Origin: Octopus sinensis
Taxonomy: Eukaryota
NCBI RefSeq assembly: GCF_006345805.1
Contig: NC_043007.1
Coordinates: forward strand, 39,990,001 to 40,054,000
DNA: 64,000 bases
Direction: 5' to 3'
Shown: positions 25,216 through 37,963 of the stretch, one piece after another
Layout: the number at the start of each line of letters is the position of its first letter
Position numbering within the stretch: the stretch's first letter is position 1
The notes under the pieces: model-generated
Told to the model about the DNA's origin: nothing
The model's input: the letters and a program-made list of their open reading frames with translations, nothing else
The model's database searches: none
Translations under genes and position numbers: made by a program

Positions 25216-25829
25216 AAAATTTTAATTTAAAAATTTTTTATATTGAAACTGTTTTCAATCAGAGATAGGTGAACGCATTGTCTTTTATTGGAAGGAATAC
25301 ATTTGCACCGGCGTGGTTAAGCCGGAAGCAGACCTCGAATACAGCGGGCATATTATTGATATGGTTGCGAATAGTGATGAAAGGATTTGGGGCTGATTGA
25401 TTATTGACCGAACGATAAATCAAACCACCGATTAGTTAATTGGCTAAATGTTAACGAATTGATATAAATAAAAGAAGTAAAACAGAGCCAACCCATTTTG
25501 TATAATAAAACTTATTCTATCTAAAAAAAAAGACATCAAAAATACGGTTCCCTGCACTCGTTCGAGGAACCTGGTTGAAATAGAAAACAGAAGACAACTA
25601 GTTATTATTCTGGTTGTGGCATGAGATGGAAATATTTATGCTATTCAATGAAAACAGACAATTGCGACTTCCACTATGTCGGCAATGTAGGATTTTGATT
25701 AGCTAAAGTTTCATAATTTAAAGCTTGTAATTTTTATGAATTTCTACAGAAAATAAATTAAATATGTGCCTTCATCAGTATGCACAACTACAACAGTGGA
25801 AAATGTTTTAAGATTCTGACTAGATGTGA

Positions 25830-25979
25830 TCACGTGGTGAGAAACTTGCTACTCAACCACATAGTTTCGGGTTCAGTCTCACTGTGTAGCACTCTGAGCA
25901 AGTATCGTCCAGTATAACCACGAGCTGACCAAAGCTTTGTGAGTGGATTTGGTCGACGGAAACTGAAAAAAAACCGTCC

Positions 25980-26057
<78 letters not shown>

Positions 26058-26330
26058 TATGTGTGTATGTATGTGTGTGTGCGTGTATGTGTGTATCTTT
26101 GTGCCTGTGTTTGTCCCGCACCACCGCTTGTCAATCGGTGTTGTGTGTACGTCCCCATAACTCAGCGGTTCGGCAAAAGAGACCGATAGAATAAGTACCA
26201 GGCTTTAAGAAAAGATAATATTTGGGTCAATTCGTTCGATTAAAAAAACAACTGCAGCCATGCTGGGGGGTGCCCTCTACATCTCCACCCCAGCATGGCT
26301 GCAGTCTAATGACTGAAACACATAAAAAGT
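25830..26330 (+). mobile_element. SINE family A
   Basis: Head, (TA)/(TG)n, body and tail. Confidence 0.8.
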
Positions 26331-26868
26331 AAGATGAAACCGGGAGGATTTTTAAAAGATTCGGATAACCTACGGCTCAACAACAACAACAAAAATAAAA
26401 CAAGCACAACTGATGACCTAACCAACGAATCAAGTAACCAGTGAGCCAATCAGCTAACAGCACCCATTAAACCAAACCAAAGGCACCGAACAGAACTTGA
26501 GGCAAACTAAACGGGACAACGTAGATATCATTCCTTGTTTACAGAGCTCTTTCGATTTATTGCCAGTCGTAAGGACACAGGCTACACAGATGGAGTCCGA
26601 ACATATGTACAACAGAACTGTTATCAAGATGGAACGGAACTTTTTGCATCGCTGTACGTTTGCGCGTAAAATGTGTTCGTATATGAGCGTGAGATGTTTG
26701 CATACTTGCGCGCATGTGCGTTTCTGAATTGTGTGTGAATGGTTTTGTTGATTCCATAATTCATGTTGTTATTATTTTATTTATTTATTTAATTAAAATT
26801 TTTACCAGGTCTTGTAAGATACACTTTGCCATGTTTTCTTCTCTTTCACACTTAGACACTTGCGTGCA

Positions 26869-26948
<80 letters not shown>

Positions 26949-26994
26949 ATTTCCTTCTCTCCCCCTTTCTCCTTATATGTCTGTACATATGCGG

Positions 26995-27359
26995 GCGTGC
27001 ATGTGCGTGTGCGTGCATGTGCATGTGCGTGTGCGTGCATGTGCGTGTGCGTGCATGTGCGTGTGCGTGCATGTGCGTGTGCGTGCATGTGCGTGTGCGT
27101 GCATGTGCGTGTGCGTGCATGTGCGTGTGCGTGCATGTGCGTGTGTGCGTGCATGTGCGTGTGCGTGCATGGCGTGTGCGTGCATGTGCGTGTGCGTGCA
27201 TGTGCATGTGCGTGTGCGTGCATGTGCGTGTGTGTGCATGTGCGTGCATGTGCGTGTGCGTGCATGTGCGTGTGCGTGCATGTGCGTGTGCGTGCATGTG
27301 CGTGCGCGTGCATGTGCGTGCGCGTGCATGTGCGTGCGCGTGCATGTGCGTGCGCGTGT
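26995..27359. repeat. Alternating purine-pyrimidine satellite (TGCGTG/TGCATG units)
   Basis: Direct reading; one phase break near 27170. Confidence 0.95.
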
Positions 27360-27583
27360 TTGTGCTTGTGTGTGTCTGGGTTCGTGCGTGCCTGACTATT
27401 TTTCTGTTACTCTTAGATTCTCAGACTATTCTTTTTCTTTTTTAATAAAGTGAAGGACAATGGCAACAAATGAAATGTAGCGACGTCGGAAATCTAGGGA
27501 CACTAAATTTTATACTTATTATTTCTGAATTTCCATCACACGCACGCACACTCACATGCCCACAGTATATATTTGTATGTATG

Positions 27584-27742
27584 CAGGAGTGGCCTTGTGG
27601 TAAGTAGCTAGCTTACCAGCCACATGGTTCTGAGTTCAGTCTCACTGCGTGGTACCTTGGGCATGTGTCTTCTACTATAGCCTCAGGCCAACCAAAGCTT
27701 TATGAGTGGATTTGGTAGATGGAAACTGAAAGGAGCCCATTG

Positions 27743-27799
<57 letters not shown>

Positions 27800-28030
27800 T
27801 GTGTGTGTGCGTGCGTGCGTGTGTGTGTGTGAGTGTGTTTGTGTGTCTGTGTCCCCCAACATTGCTTGACAACCGATGCTTGTGTGTTTACGTCCCCGTA
27901 ACATAGCGGTTCGGCAAAAAGAGAACGATAGAATAAGTACTAGGCTTACAAAGAATAAGTCCTTGGGTCGATTTGCTCGACTAAAGGTGGTGCTCCATCG
28001 TGACCGCAAGTAAAAAGAGTAAAAAGTGTA
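27584..28030 (+). mobile_element. SINE family A
   Basis: High similarity to 60774-61184. Confidence 0.9.
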
Positions 28031-28059
28031 AAAGAGTGTGTGTGTGTGTGTCTGTGTGT

Positions 28060-28104
<45 letters not shown>

Positions 28105-28142
28105 GTGTGTTTGTAATTAAAAGTGAAATTGTTTTTCTCACT

Positions 28143-28232
28143 GTTACTTGAAGGTTCAGGAGACCAATCATTAAACAGTCGAGAATTTCCTATCGACTGT
28201 CAGATGATCGGTCTCATGAAACCCTGGGTAAC
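28143..28232. ncRNA. Pre-miRNA-like hairpin (candidate; strand undetermined)
   Basis: 23-nt arms 28160-28182 and 28193-28215 with 19 Watson-Crick pairs, 10-nt loop, and an imperfect basal stem closed by GTTAC/GTAAC. Confidence 0.4.
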
Positions 28233-31161
28233 GTATAGCAATGTCTTTACAACTTCAATATAAAACAGAACATATTTTACCCCATCTTCTGTATCCAACT
28301 GCTATCTTCTCCATTTTGTTTTGCCCCGAAATGCTCACATGTACGTTCTTTTCTGGTTTTTCATTATTTGAATTGTTCCTCTGAGAAAAGGACTGGTTTT
28401 CATAAAAGCACAAAGCTTCATCTTTGGGATATACGGACGGACGTTGTACGCATGTATGTATGTCTGTATATTGTGTCCCTCTCACTTTTTCTCACTTTCA
28501 CTTTCTTTCATTCTCTCATTCTCTCATTTTCTCATTCTCTCTCTCTCTCTCTCTTACTATGTTTGTATGTGTGTGTATATATATATATGTGTGTGTGTAT
28601 GTGTGTGTGGCGGTGCAATGTGGAGGCTATCCTGTTGCAGGTTCAATCCAACGAATATTGAAATAATACCCATCTTGTCCATTCCACAGAATAAGATTAT
28701 ACTGGAGAGCATCATAAGAGGGATGAGTCTGTGAAACACGTTTAAGGTTGTTATCTTAAACACGAATGAGAATATCATGATATTCAATGGGATCACCAAT
28801 CATTAGATGTGAGCTCATTAAACCAGCGTAAAATGTTCTTTTCTATAGTTTACTATAGATGTAAGGAACACAGAAGCATGCACACATACACTCATAGAAC
28901 TGATAATATTGAAAACAGCAAAACGTACACTCACGAATTTCAAGCAGAAGGAAATGTAATCAATATAGGGGCAAAACATACTTTCTGTAGCATAGTTATA
29001 CTATTTAAAAAATGGGAGGTCACCAATTTAGCAAAAGTTAATATGCGTCACCTATGTAAGAAAGTACAGAAAGTCAACATTTATTTGGAACATTTACTAA
29101 ATGTTATAAAATTCATGACTGAATGACTGTCACGGTGAAGAAAGTGAAAATGCAAGAAAATTCAGAAGGCATAATTCAATTTTTCGTAGTAAAATATTTA
29201 ATTTTACAATTTTGAAACGAACGCTGAACCAAGTGTATAAAAAGGAAGGAGCTGTTTTTGAACTGTGTAACATTATAGGCTGAGTAACGCAGTGAAAAGG
29301 TTATGCGACGTTGATACTCACAGTGATGAAGAATACAAGGACTCTTAAAAAAAACATTATCTTGAAACTGGTTTGGAGTGAAATAACGTTTCTGTATTTA
29401 AATTGAAAGAGCCGCTGAGGCTTTCTACTTCGCCAAGTTTCCGAATTTGTTATAATAACCAGAATAATATTTTCTTTTTTCACATATATTCGCGAGTATT
29501 GCGAGTGGTGTTAAATCAGCCAAATCTTCATGTTGGTAGTACTTGAAAGTGAACGTTGTTATTTGTTTGAAGTCCAGGCCGCAAGTAAACTTTCAATATC
29601 GACGCGTTTCACTGTTAGGGAATGTTGGGAGAAGTTACATGCATAAAGTAAGAGACACATACATTGTCCTTGCGTATGTCTGTCTCAGTTTTTAGGTTGT
29701 GTGTGTGTGTGTGTTTGTGTGTGTGTGTATGTCAGTTGTCACAAAAATGTATGTATACTGACAGACAGAAACACCGCCACACACATGTCAGTCATCGGCC
29801 TAACGTACGTAACGAAGGCGCGAACATATATAGAAAATGTGACGTCATCGTCGTTGTGGTGGTGGTGATAGTAAAAGATGTTTACTACAGGTGACTAAAA
29901 GAAAAATGATAATCTTAAACTTTTGTAATGCAAATAAGTGAATGAAAATATAGTTTAGTTGGTAGCCAAAAGCTCACTGAATCTTTTGATACCCCATACG
30001 TCAAAAACGGCAACTCGGTTTTGGAATGCACAAATATATATATATATATATATATAATATATATATATATTATATATATATATAAGTTAGAGGTTATCCA
30101 ACCATCTAAAGGATAAAAGTATTCCTAGGCACTACTGATGTATTACCTAACTATGTATAGCCCTTGCTACAATGTTAATAGTAGTTGGTAATTTAAATGA
30201 TAATCCGTGGTTTAATGTATTCAGATAAAAAAAGAAATGGACCACCAATTAATAATTAGAAGTTGATCATTGGTATTAAATGGTCATAGTTTAATTGTAG
30301 TTGAAATAACACTTACAGCTGTTTCAGTTTGTTATTTTTGAGGTAAAATAGCATTTATCTCGTTCCATATAACAAACATCGTAAGAATGATTTAGAGTTT
30401 ATCAGAAGAATATTGACGGGAGAAAAAGGAAAAAGGAAAAGAAAAAAGGGAAAAGGAAAGAAGGAAAAAAGTTCGTCAAGTCGTTAGGCTTAAATTTTTT
30501 GTGTTTTAGGCGTGGCTGCGTGGTAGAAGCCTGTTTCTCAACCACATGGTTCCGGGTTCAGTCCCACTGCATGGCATATTAGGTAAGTGTCTTTTATTAT
30601 ATACGTGTGTGTGTGTGCGTGCGCGTGTATGTATATATACATATATGTGTGTATGTGTGTGTGTATTTACGTAATGTTCCTTTATGTCCCCCAGCCTAAC
30701 GACTCGCCAAATACAATCGATAAAATAATTACCAAACTAAATGCAATGCTAAAGAAAACAAAGATTACCAAATGTAAATATCAGAAGTGTGTTTCCAAAG
30801 TTTTGTTATTTTTGTAACCAGGTTATTTGCTTACCGCTTTCCTTGAGCAAATCAGTAAGAAGAAAGAAAGAGACTCTTCACCGTTCTTGCAGTGACATTT
30901 ATACAACATTTATAGAAAACTGGTTCCACTCGTATTACTTGGCTTTTATAATGGTTCTTGTTTACCTAATTATTTTGATATTTCCATGAAGTTCGCTATT
31001 TTCTTTTTCTTTTTATTAATTCTTGACACAGTCGTAATATTACTATTACTGTTACTGTTGTTGCTGTGGTGGCTGTGGCTGAGGTTGTTGTTGTTGTTGT
31101 TGTTGTTGTTGTTGCTGCTGTTTTCGATGTTCTTATTCTTAGGAAATTACTGTTTTTAAAT

Positions 31162-31492
31162 CTCACAACGTGAGATATTCAGCAACAGTACTTTGTAGTA
31201 AAAATTGTTTGCCAACAAAACATGGCAGACCTGGTTTAGGACTAATGTTGCTGTAATTTAGCCCCAGAAGACATCGTCTCTAGCTGGCCATACGATTGTC
31301 TTGAGCTGTGTGGGGGTGCTAGATTCTCTTGTTCGAAAATATACGGACACAGATCGTGTCGTATAGCCAGCTAGAGATGATGTCTCCTGGGGCTAAATTA
31401 CAGCATCATTAGTCCTAAACCAGGACTGCTATGTTATGTCGGCAAACAATCTTTACTACAAAGTACTGTTACTGAATATCTCACGTTATGAG
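31162..31492. repeat. Inverted repeat with 134-bp arms and a 63-nt spacer; partial third copy at 31591-31663
   Basis: 11 mismatches counted between the arms. Confidence 0.9.
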
Positions 31493-32003
31493 CCACTTCT
31501 AGCCAAGCAATTATTCTGTGCTGATGAAGAGAAATAACCCAGAAATCGCGATATACAGATATTGTTTTGAGCTGAGTTGGTGTTGTATAACCAGCTAGAG
31601 ACGATGTCTCCTGGGGCTAAATTACAGCAACATTAGTCCTAAACCAGGACTGCCATGTTATGTTCTTATTCTTGTTTTCATTTAACCCTTGCTTAGCCAA
31701 CCAGCCAGCCAGCTAGTAAATTCTTCATTAAGCAGATCTATGATCATAGGTTTATCATCAGTCTATCCATTTATCTATTCAGCTATTTATCCATGAGCCG
31801 TGACCGCCACATTTGTTTTGTCATAAGCCCTGCATGTTGTGTCTAACGTGCTTTTCTTTAATCTTATCTTTGGATGCAATAGAAGATTTAATTGTTATTT
31901 CTAGCATGTTCAGCAAATGTGATACTGGTTGTTGTTCTATGTATGCATGTACGCATGCATGCATGTATATATGTATATGTATGTATATATATATATATGT
32001 GTA

Positions 32004-32034
<31 letters not shown>

Positions 32035-32560
32035 ATGTATGTATGTATGTATGATGTATGTATGTATGTATAGAGGAGTAAATGTAAGGACAAGCAAGTT
32101 AGGCATGTCGATATACAAAAAATATTAAATACATTTAATACAAAAAATGTACATATATTTACATATAAAAAGCTCCAACTTACACAGAATAGAAATGATA
32201 TCAAGAATGAAAGAGGTTGAATAAGAATTCTGCGAGCTGGTTCTGGGGGCTTGGTGGTCCAAAACGGCGATTGTAAATTGATTCCATTATTAGATAATAC
32301 AAGCTTCCGTCTTCAGGGAAGAATTTTACATTTGCGGTGTTGACAGAAAAGAGATTAAAGATGGAATGATTTTGTGGAGAACTAAGTGTATTAGAAACAA
32401 GATTTGGGAGGTATTTAGTTTACCCTTCTACCTCTACATTTACTCCCCTACCTGCTCAAGTTTAAATCTCTTAAGCCCTATGAAGTGTATTCTATATGGA
32501 GAATATCTATCTTTCATCTATCTACCTATCAATCAATATATAATATATATATATATATAT

Positions 32561-32941
32561 TCTTTTATTCTTTTGCTTATTTCAGTCATTTGACTGCGGC
32601 CATGCTGGAGCATCGCCTTTAGTCGAACAAATCAACCCCAGGATTTATTCTATGTAAGCTGAGTACTTATTCTCTCGGTCTCTTTTGCCGAACCGTTAAG
32701 TTACAGGAACGTAAACACGCCAGCATCGATTGTCAAGCGATGGTGAGAGGGGGGTATAAACACAGACACACAAATATATACATAGATATATAGATATGCG
32801 ACGGGCTTCTTTCAGTTTCCGTCTACCAAATCCACTCAAGAAGCTTTGGTCGGCTCGAGGTTATAATATAAAGACATTTGCCCAAGGTGCCCGGAACCAT
32901 GTGTTTGGGAAGCAAGCTTACCACACAGCCACGCCTGCGCC
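32561..32941 (-). mobile_element. SINE family A
   Basis: Reverse-complement match. Confidence 0.88.
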
Positions 32942-32947
32942 TAAATA

Positions 32948-34213
32948 TTAGGTCAAGTATGAAATTTGTAGAAAAAAAAAGTTTGCTAATTTTTTATAAA
33001 TACAAGGAATAATTTTTTTCTTCAAAGTATGCACCCATATTGTCAATACATATTTGTTATTTCAGCGGTAGCTTGTCCTGCCCGGAACTGTAAAAGCTTG
33101 GCAATCTCTAGTCAATAAAATCTTGGAAGTCTTGTTTTACAGTACCGTCGAAATTAAATTTTTTTCCTATCAAAATGTTATCCAAATTCTGGAAGAAGTG
33201 GTTGTCAGTGGGGGCAGTATCAGCTGAGTATGGTGGATGATGGAGAACTTCCAACTCCAACTCCTGTAGTTTCGCGAATGTCATTTTTGCGATGCGGTGT
33301 CTGGCGTTGTCTTGCATTAAAATAGGAGTGAATCAGTAGGCTAATTTAGGATATTCTTTTTTTTTTAAGTTTCTGCATCATTTGGTCCAGTTGGCTGCAG
33401 TATACTTCGGCCGTGATTGCTGAACCAGGTTTAATGAAATCATAATGGATCACACCTGTGCCATACCACCATACACACGCCACCAGGTTCTTTTGATGAA
33501 TTTTGCTTTTTGGACTGTGTTCTGGTGGCTCGTCTTTGTCCAACCATTGTGATGAACGCTTATGGTTGTTGTATTGGACCATTTCTCATCACATGTTAAA
33601 ATTCGATTCAAAAAGGATTCATTTTTGTGACGAGAAAGTAGCATAATGCAGGTTTCCAAACATTGCGGTTTCTGATTTTCATTAAGTTCATGTGGAACTC
33701 ACTTATCCAACTTTTTCACTTTACCGATTTGAACTAGGTGAGTCAATATTGTTTGCTTGCTAACACCAAGCAACAACGATAATTCACGGGCACTTTGAGA
33801 TGGATCTGACTCGATTGTGGTTTTCAGTTCGTCATTATCCACCTTTGTTTCTGGTCCACCGCCTTGCTCATTTGTGACCAGAACGAAATTTTGCAAACCA
33901 ATTTGATTCTGTCAGCTGTGTAATAATATTATAATGAAATACTCCATTAATATTCCGAGCTGTCTGTGATGCTGTAATTCCAAGAAAGAACTCATATTTC
34001 AAAACTGTACGAATTTCAGACTTATCCATCTCTAAACAAAAATAGTAAAAAACGATTCATAAATACTTTATAAAGCGCAAAATTAGTTAGAATAAAGAAA
34101 TAGATGTGTCAGCTTTCTAACAAAATATAAAGATTGTCAAAATATAATAATGGCTCAAAATGAGCAGCTGTCAAATTAGAAGTTTACTACAAATTTCATA
34201 CTTGACGACCTAA
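32948..34213 (-). mobile_element. Full-length defective mariner (DD34D) transposon
   Basis: TIRs TTAGGT(CGT)CAAGTATGAAATTTGTAG, TA TSD, 1266 bp; WVPHEL, ILTCDEKW, QDNARH and HPPYSADTAPTD motifs with D34D spacing; frameshifts and stops. Confidence 0.95.
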
Positions 34214-34339
34214 TATATTACTCTGTGTTGTGTATAGAATATTTAGCTACATCATCTTGTGTATGTTTCTTTAACATAAGGTGATTATTAACTGCACAAT
34301 GTAAATTACATTATCAAATCTTGTAGTCAACTCGTCAGA

Positions 34340-34429
34340 AACTGAAACATTTAACCGCAACCTTGTGAGTGGATTTGGGGGACGGAATCTGAAAGAAACC
34401 GGTCATATATATATATATATACATACACG

Positions 34430-34482
<53 letters not shown>

Positions 34483-34700
34483 GTGTTTTTGTCTGTGTTT
34501 GTTCTCCCAACACCATCGCTTGACAACCGATGTTGGTGTGTTTATATCCCGTAACTTAACGGTTCGGCAAAATAATCGATATAATAAGCACTAGGCTTAC
34601 AAAGTATAAGTCCTGGGGTCGATTTGCTCGACTAAAACCTCTTAAGGTGGTGCTCCAGCATGGCTGCAGTTAAATGACTGAAACAAGTAAAAGAATAAAA
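34340..34700 (+). mobile_element. SINE family A, 5'-truncated
   Basis: Body and tail match. Confidence 0.8.
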
Positions 34701-34710
34701 GAATAAAAGA

Positions 34711-34798
<88 letters not shown>

Positions 34799-35984
34799 AT
34801 GTATGTATGTATGTATGTGGATATGTTTTGTATACAACCCCGCACATTCATGCTCATGAATGCGTGCGTGTGTGTGTGTGTGTGTGTGTTGTTTCGATGT
34901 TCAGATAAAAGACAAACTACTTAATGCATGTTGCAGAGTTAATTTGTTGACGTTAATTATTTGCTCCATCAGGTGTGGTGATCTTGCCCTTTACTCATTG
35001 GAATGTAACCTGTTCTCTTTGCACCTAATTAAAACCAGCAGCAATGTCCACACCTCTTGATAGAGAATATTACAGAAAACCAACTGAAAATACTACCACA
35101 TGTATAAAAATTATCCCAAACATGTCTCAGAGGTCTAACAATGGAAAATGCGTCCCGTCCAGGTGGGGAACCTATACGCCAAGGAAACCGGGAAACCGGC
35201 CCTTATGAGCCAGGGATGGCTCGAGAAGGAAGTAACGAACAAACACGGAAAATTTTTAATAGATCAAACCTCAAGATATGACGTGTGTACATGTGAGTGT
35301 GTATGTCTGTGCGTATATGTGTGTGTGTTTGTAAACGTGTGCATGTGTGCGTTATGTGTGCGAGCGTGTGCGTGCGTGTGTGTTTGCCTGTCCATGTGCG
35401 TGATGCGTGTATGTTTCTGGTCCTTTTTAGTTATTTGAAATCACTTTATTAAAAACGGGTTGGATTCTAACCAAGAAACAAAGCTCTGCCGTTGCAATTT
35501 AGATAACAAATCTATTGATGTATCTTGTACTGCAGCAGAACCTAACATAGTTTCTCCTTTTGGTTGAACCACCAACATTTTTTTCTGGCTGATACTGAAA
35601 TAGTAACATCATCAAATCAACCAATAATTATGGGTGTATGTTAATTGATATTCTGGGTAGAAAAGTTCTTCTCTTTTTGATTAATTTTAAATGAAATGTA
35701 CACATCTGCCAAGCAGCAAATTTCCAAAACAGTACATAATATTTTTGAATTATGTCACAAACAAAACTACATCAAGCCCGCTGTGTTTCCATTGCACTTA
35801 GTGTAAGTTATTGTGAGAATTTTATTAAAAAGATTATCTTTGCATTAGTTCTATGAAAAAATACATGTCCGTACACAACGCAAATTGACATTATACATAC
35901 AGCATAGCATTTAACTGAGAGGCATGTGAAAGCTGCAAATCTTCCACTGGGTGAAAAAGTCACCTTCGCTTTGTACCTGATTCA

Positions 35985-36441
35985 TGTTTGTTCCTTCTCG
36001 AGCCATCCCTGGCTCATAAGGGCCGGTTTCCCGGTTTCATTGGCGTATAGGTCCCTCACCTGGACAGGACGCCGATCTGTCGCAGGTGAGCTGCAAGATG
36101 CAGGAGGAAAGAGTGAGAGAAAGTTGTGGCAAAAGAGTCAGCAGAAGTTCGCCATTACCTTCTGCCGAAGCCCTTATGAGCTCATGGTAATGACGAACTT
36201 CTGCTGACTCTTTTGCCACAACTTTCTCTCATTCTTTCCTCCTGCATCTTGCAGCTCACCTGCGACAGATCGGCGTCCTGTCCAGGTGAGGGACCTATAC
36301 GCCAAGGAAACCGGGAAACCGGCCCTTATGGAGCTTAGCTGTTTCGCTCATAAACACACACATCGTCCGATCTGAGATTCGATCCTGCGATCCCTCGACC
36401 GCGAGTCCGCTGTTCTAACCACTAGGCCATGTGCCTCCACA
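35985..36441 (-). mobile_element. tRNA SINE carrying a 145-bp internal inverted duplication
   Basis: Head at 36335-36441; arms 36015-36159 and 36186-36330 with 3 mismatches; related tail fragment at 35148-35240. Confidence 0.9.
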
Positions 36442-36852
36442 CCTGATTCATACTCAAGGGCCATACACCTTCCCTCATATGTATGTTCCATTCTATTTTT
36501 TCTTATTTGAAGTCTTTCTGCCAGGAAGGATCTTATTTCTAACAAGGATATAAGGTTCTACCGTTGTAATCTAGATAACAAAAATTCTCATTTTAAGCTT
36601 GAAAAAGTTTAAGATGATTTCATGTTTCGGCTTGCAGATTGGATTTATAATGTACGAATTAGTTGGTTGATTTCTTTTTCTGAAAACCTTAGCTAATCCA
36701 GATTGTCACATAGGTATTTACTCATTAAACCAAGTGCACCAATTTCTATTGGTATACATGTAAATTTGTAATCTGAATAAGAAGCTGAAGGCTTCAAAGC
36801 AATTGTCCGTAGTTATCCACTTTCTCTTTAATCTTTATGTATGATATGTATA

Positions 36853-37246
36853 GGCGCAGGAGTGGGTGTGTGGTAAGCTTGCTTAGCAACCAAATGGTTC
36901 CGGGTTCAGTCCCATTGCGTGGCACCTTGGGCAAGTGTCTTCTACTATAACCTCGGGCCGACCAAAGCCTTGTGAGTGGATTTGGTAGACGAAAACTGAA
37001 AGAAGCCCGTTGTATATATGTATATGTTTGTGTGTGTGTGTGCGTTTGTCCCTCACCCCCACCATCGCTTGACAACTGATGCTGGTGTGTTTACGTCCTC
37101 GCAACTTAGCAGTTCGGCAAAACAGAGACCGATAGAATAAGTACTAGGCTTACAAAGAATAGGTCCCGGGGTCGATTTGCTCGACTAAAGGCGGTACTCC
37201 AGCATGGCCGCAGTCAAATAACTGAAACAAGTAAGAGAGTAAAAAA
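36853..37246 (+). mobile_element. SINE family A, full length
   Basis: High similarity to the family. Confidence 0.92.
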
Positions 37247-37734
37247 GAAAAAGTATTACGTACGTGTAAGTACGTATGCTTGCATACTTGCATGCATGTA
37301 GATATCTTTCCCTTCTTTGATCCGAGATTAGTCTCAGTTAGTAGAGATGATACATGTAGTGTGGCGCACCAAGATTTCTGCATGGCCATTGCAGACATTC
37401 TTTCGGTATTGGTCTTTCGCGGACATAAGTGGACAGCCATAATACCATGGATGTCTTGTTGGTTTATTCACGTATCTACATATATGTGGTGGGGTGTGTT
37501 TGAATGTATGTATATTTGTGTAGTAGCACACTGATGCGCACTTCCTTGCTCATGCTCTAAGACATAAAAGTGTCACATTTGTCTAAAACACACGCACACG
37601 TTCACACACATGCACGCTCGCAGATGTATACTCATTGAATTACTTACATGTACTCATACACACACACACGCACATACACACGCACACACGTTTGTCGTCC
37701 TTCTGTCCAATTTTTGAATCTTATTTCTGTATGT

Positions 37735-37783
<49 letters not shown>

Positions 37784-37963
37784 CTTCTTAACATCCACAC
37801 ACTCAATATATATATATACATTATATATATATATATACATACATATATATATATATTATATATATATATATGTATGTATGTATATATATATATTATATGT
37901 GTGTATATATAATATATGTGTGTGTGATATATATATATAGATATATATATATATATATATATA

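Noticed and set aside
25393-25460. Cluster of TGATTGAT/ATAAATCA/CCAAT-like motifs as an enhancer
   Set aside because: Short AT-rich motifs are expected by chance; the region may simply be 3' UTR.
26547-26651. Exon-like segment (ELFRFIASRK... or SSFDLLPVVR...)
   Set aside because: AG/GT signals and open frames on both strands; no consistent phase link to the 25002 exon and no recognisable homology.
26714-27453. His/Ala/Cys-rich ORFs up to 243 aa
   Set aside because: Products of the RY hexamer satellite.
28557-28799. Hydrophobic GPCR-like ORF; also MAIADIL in the 37280-37534 ORF
   Set aside because: T-rich strands give hydrophobic peptides by chance; opposite strands, and no further TM exons or motifs.
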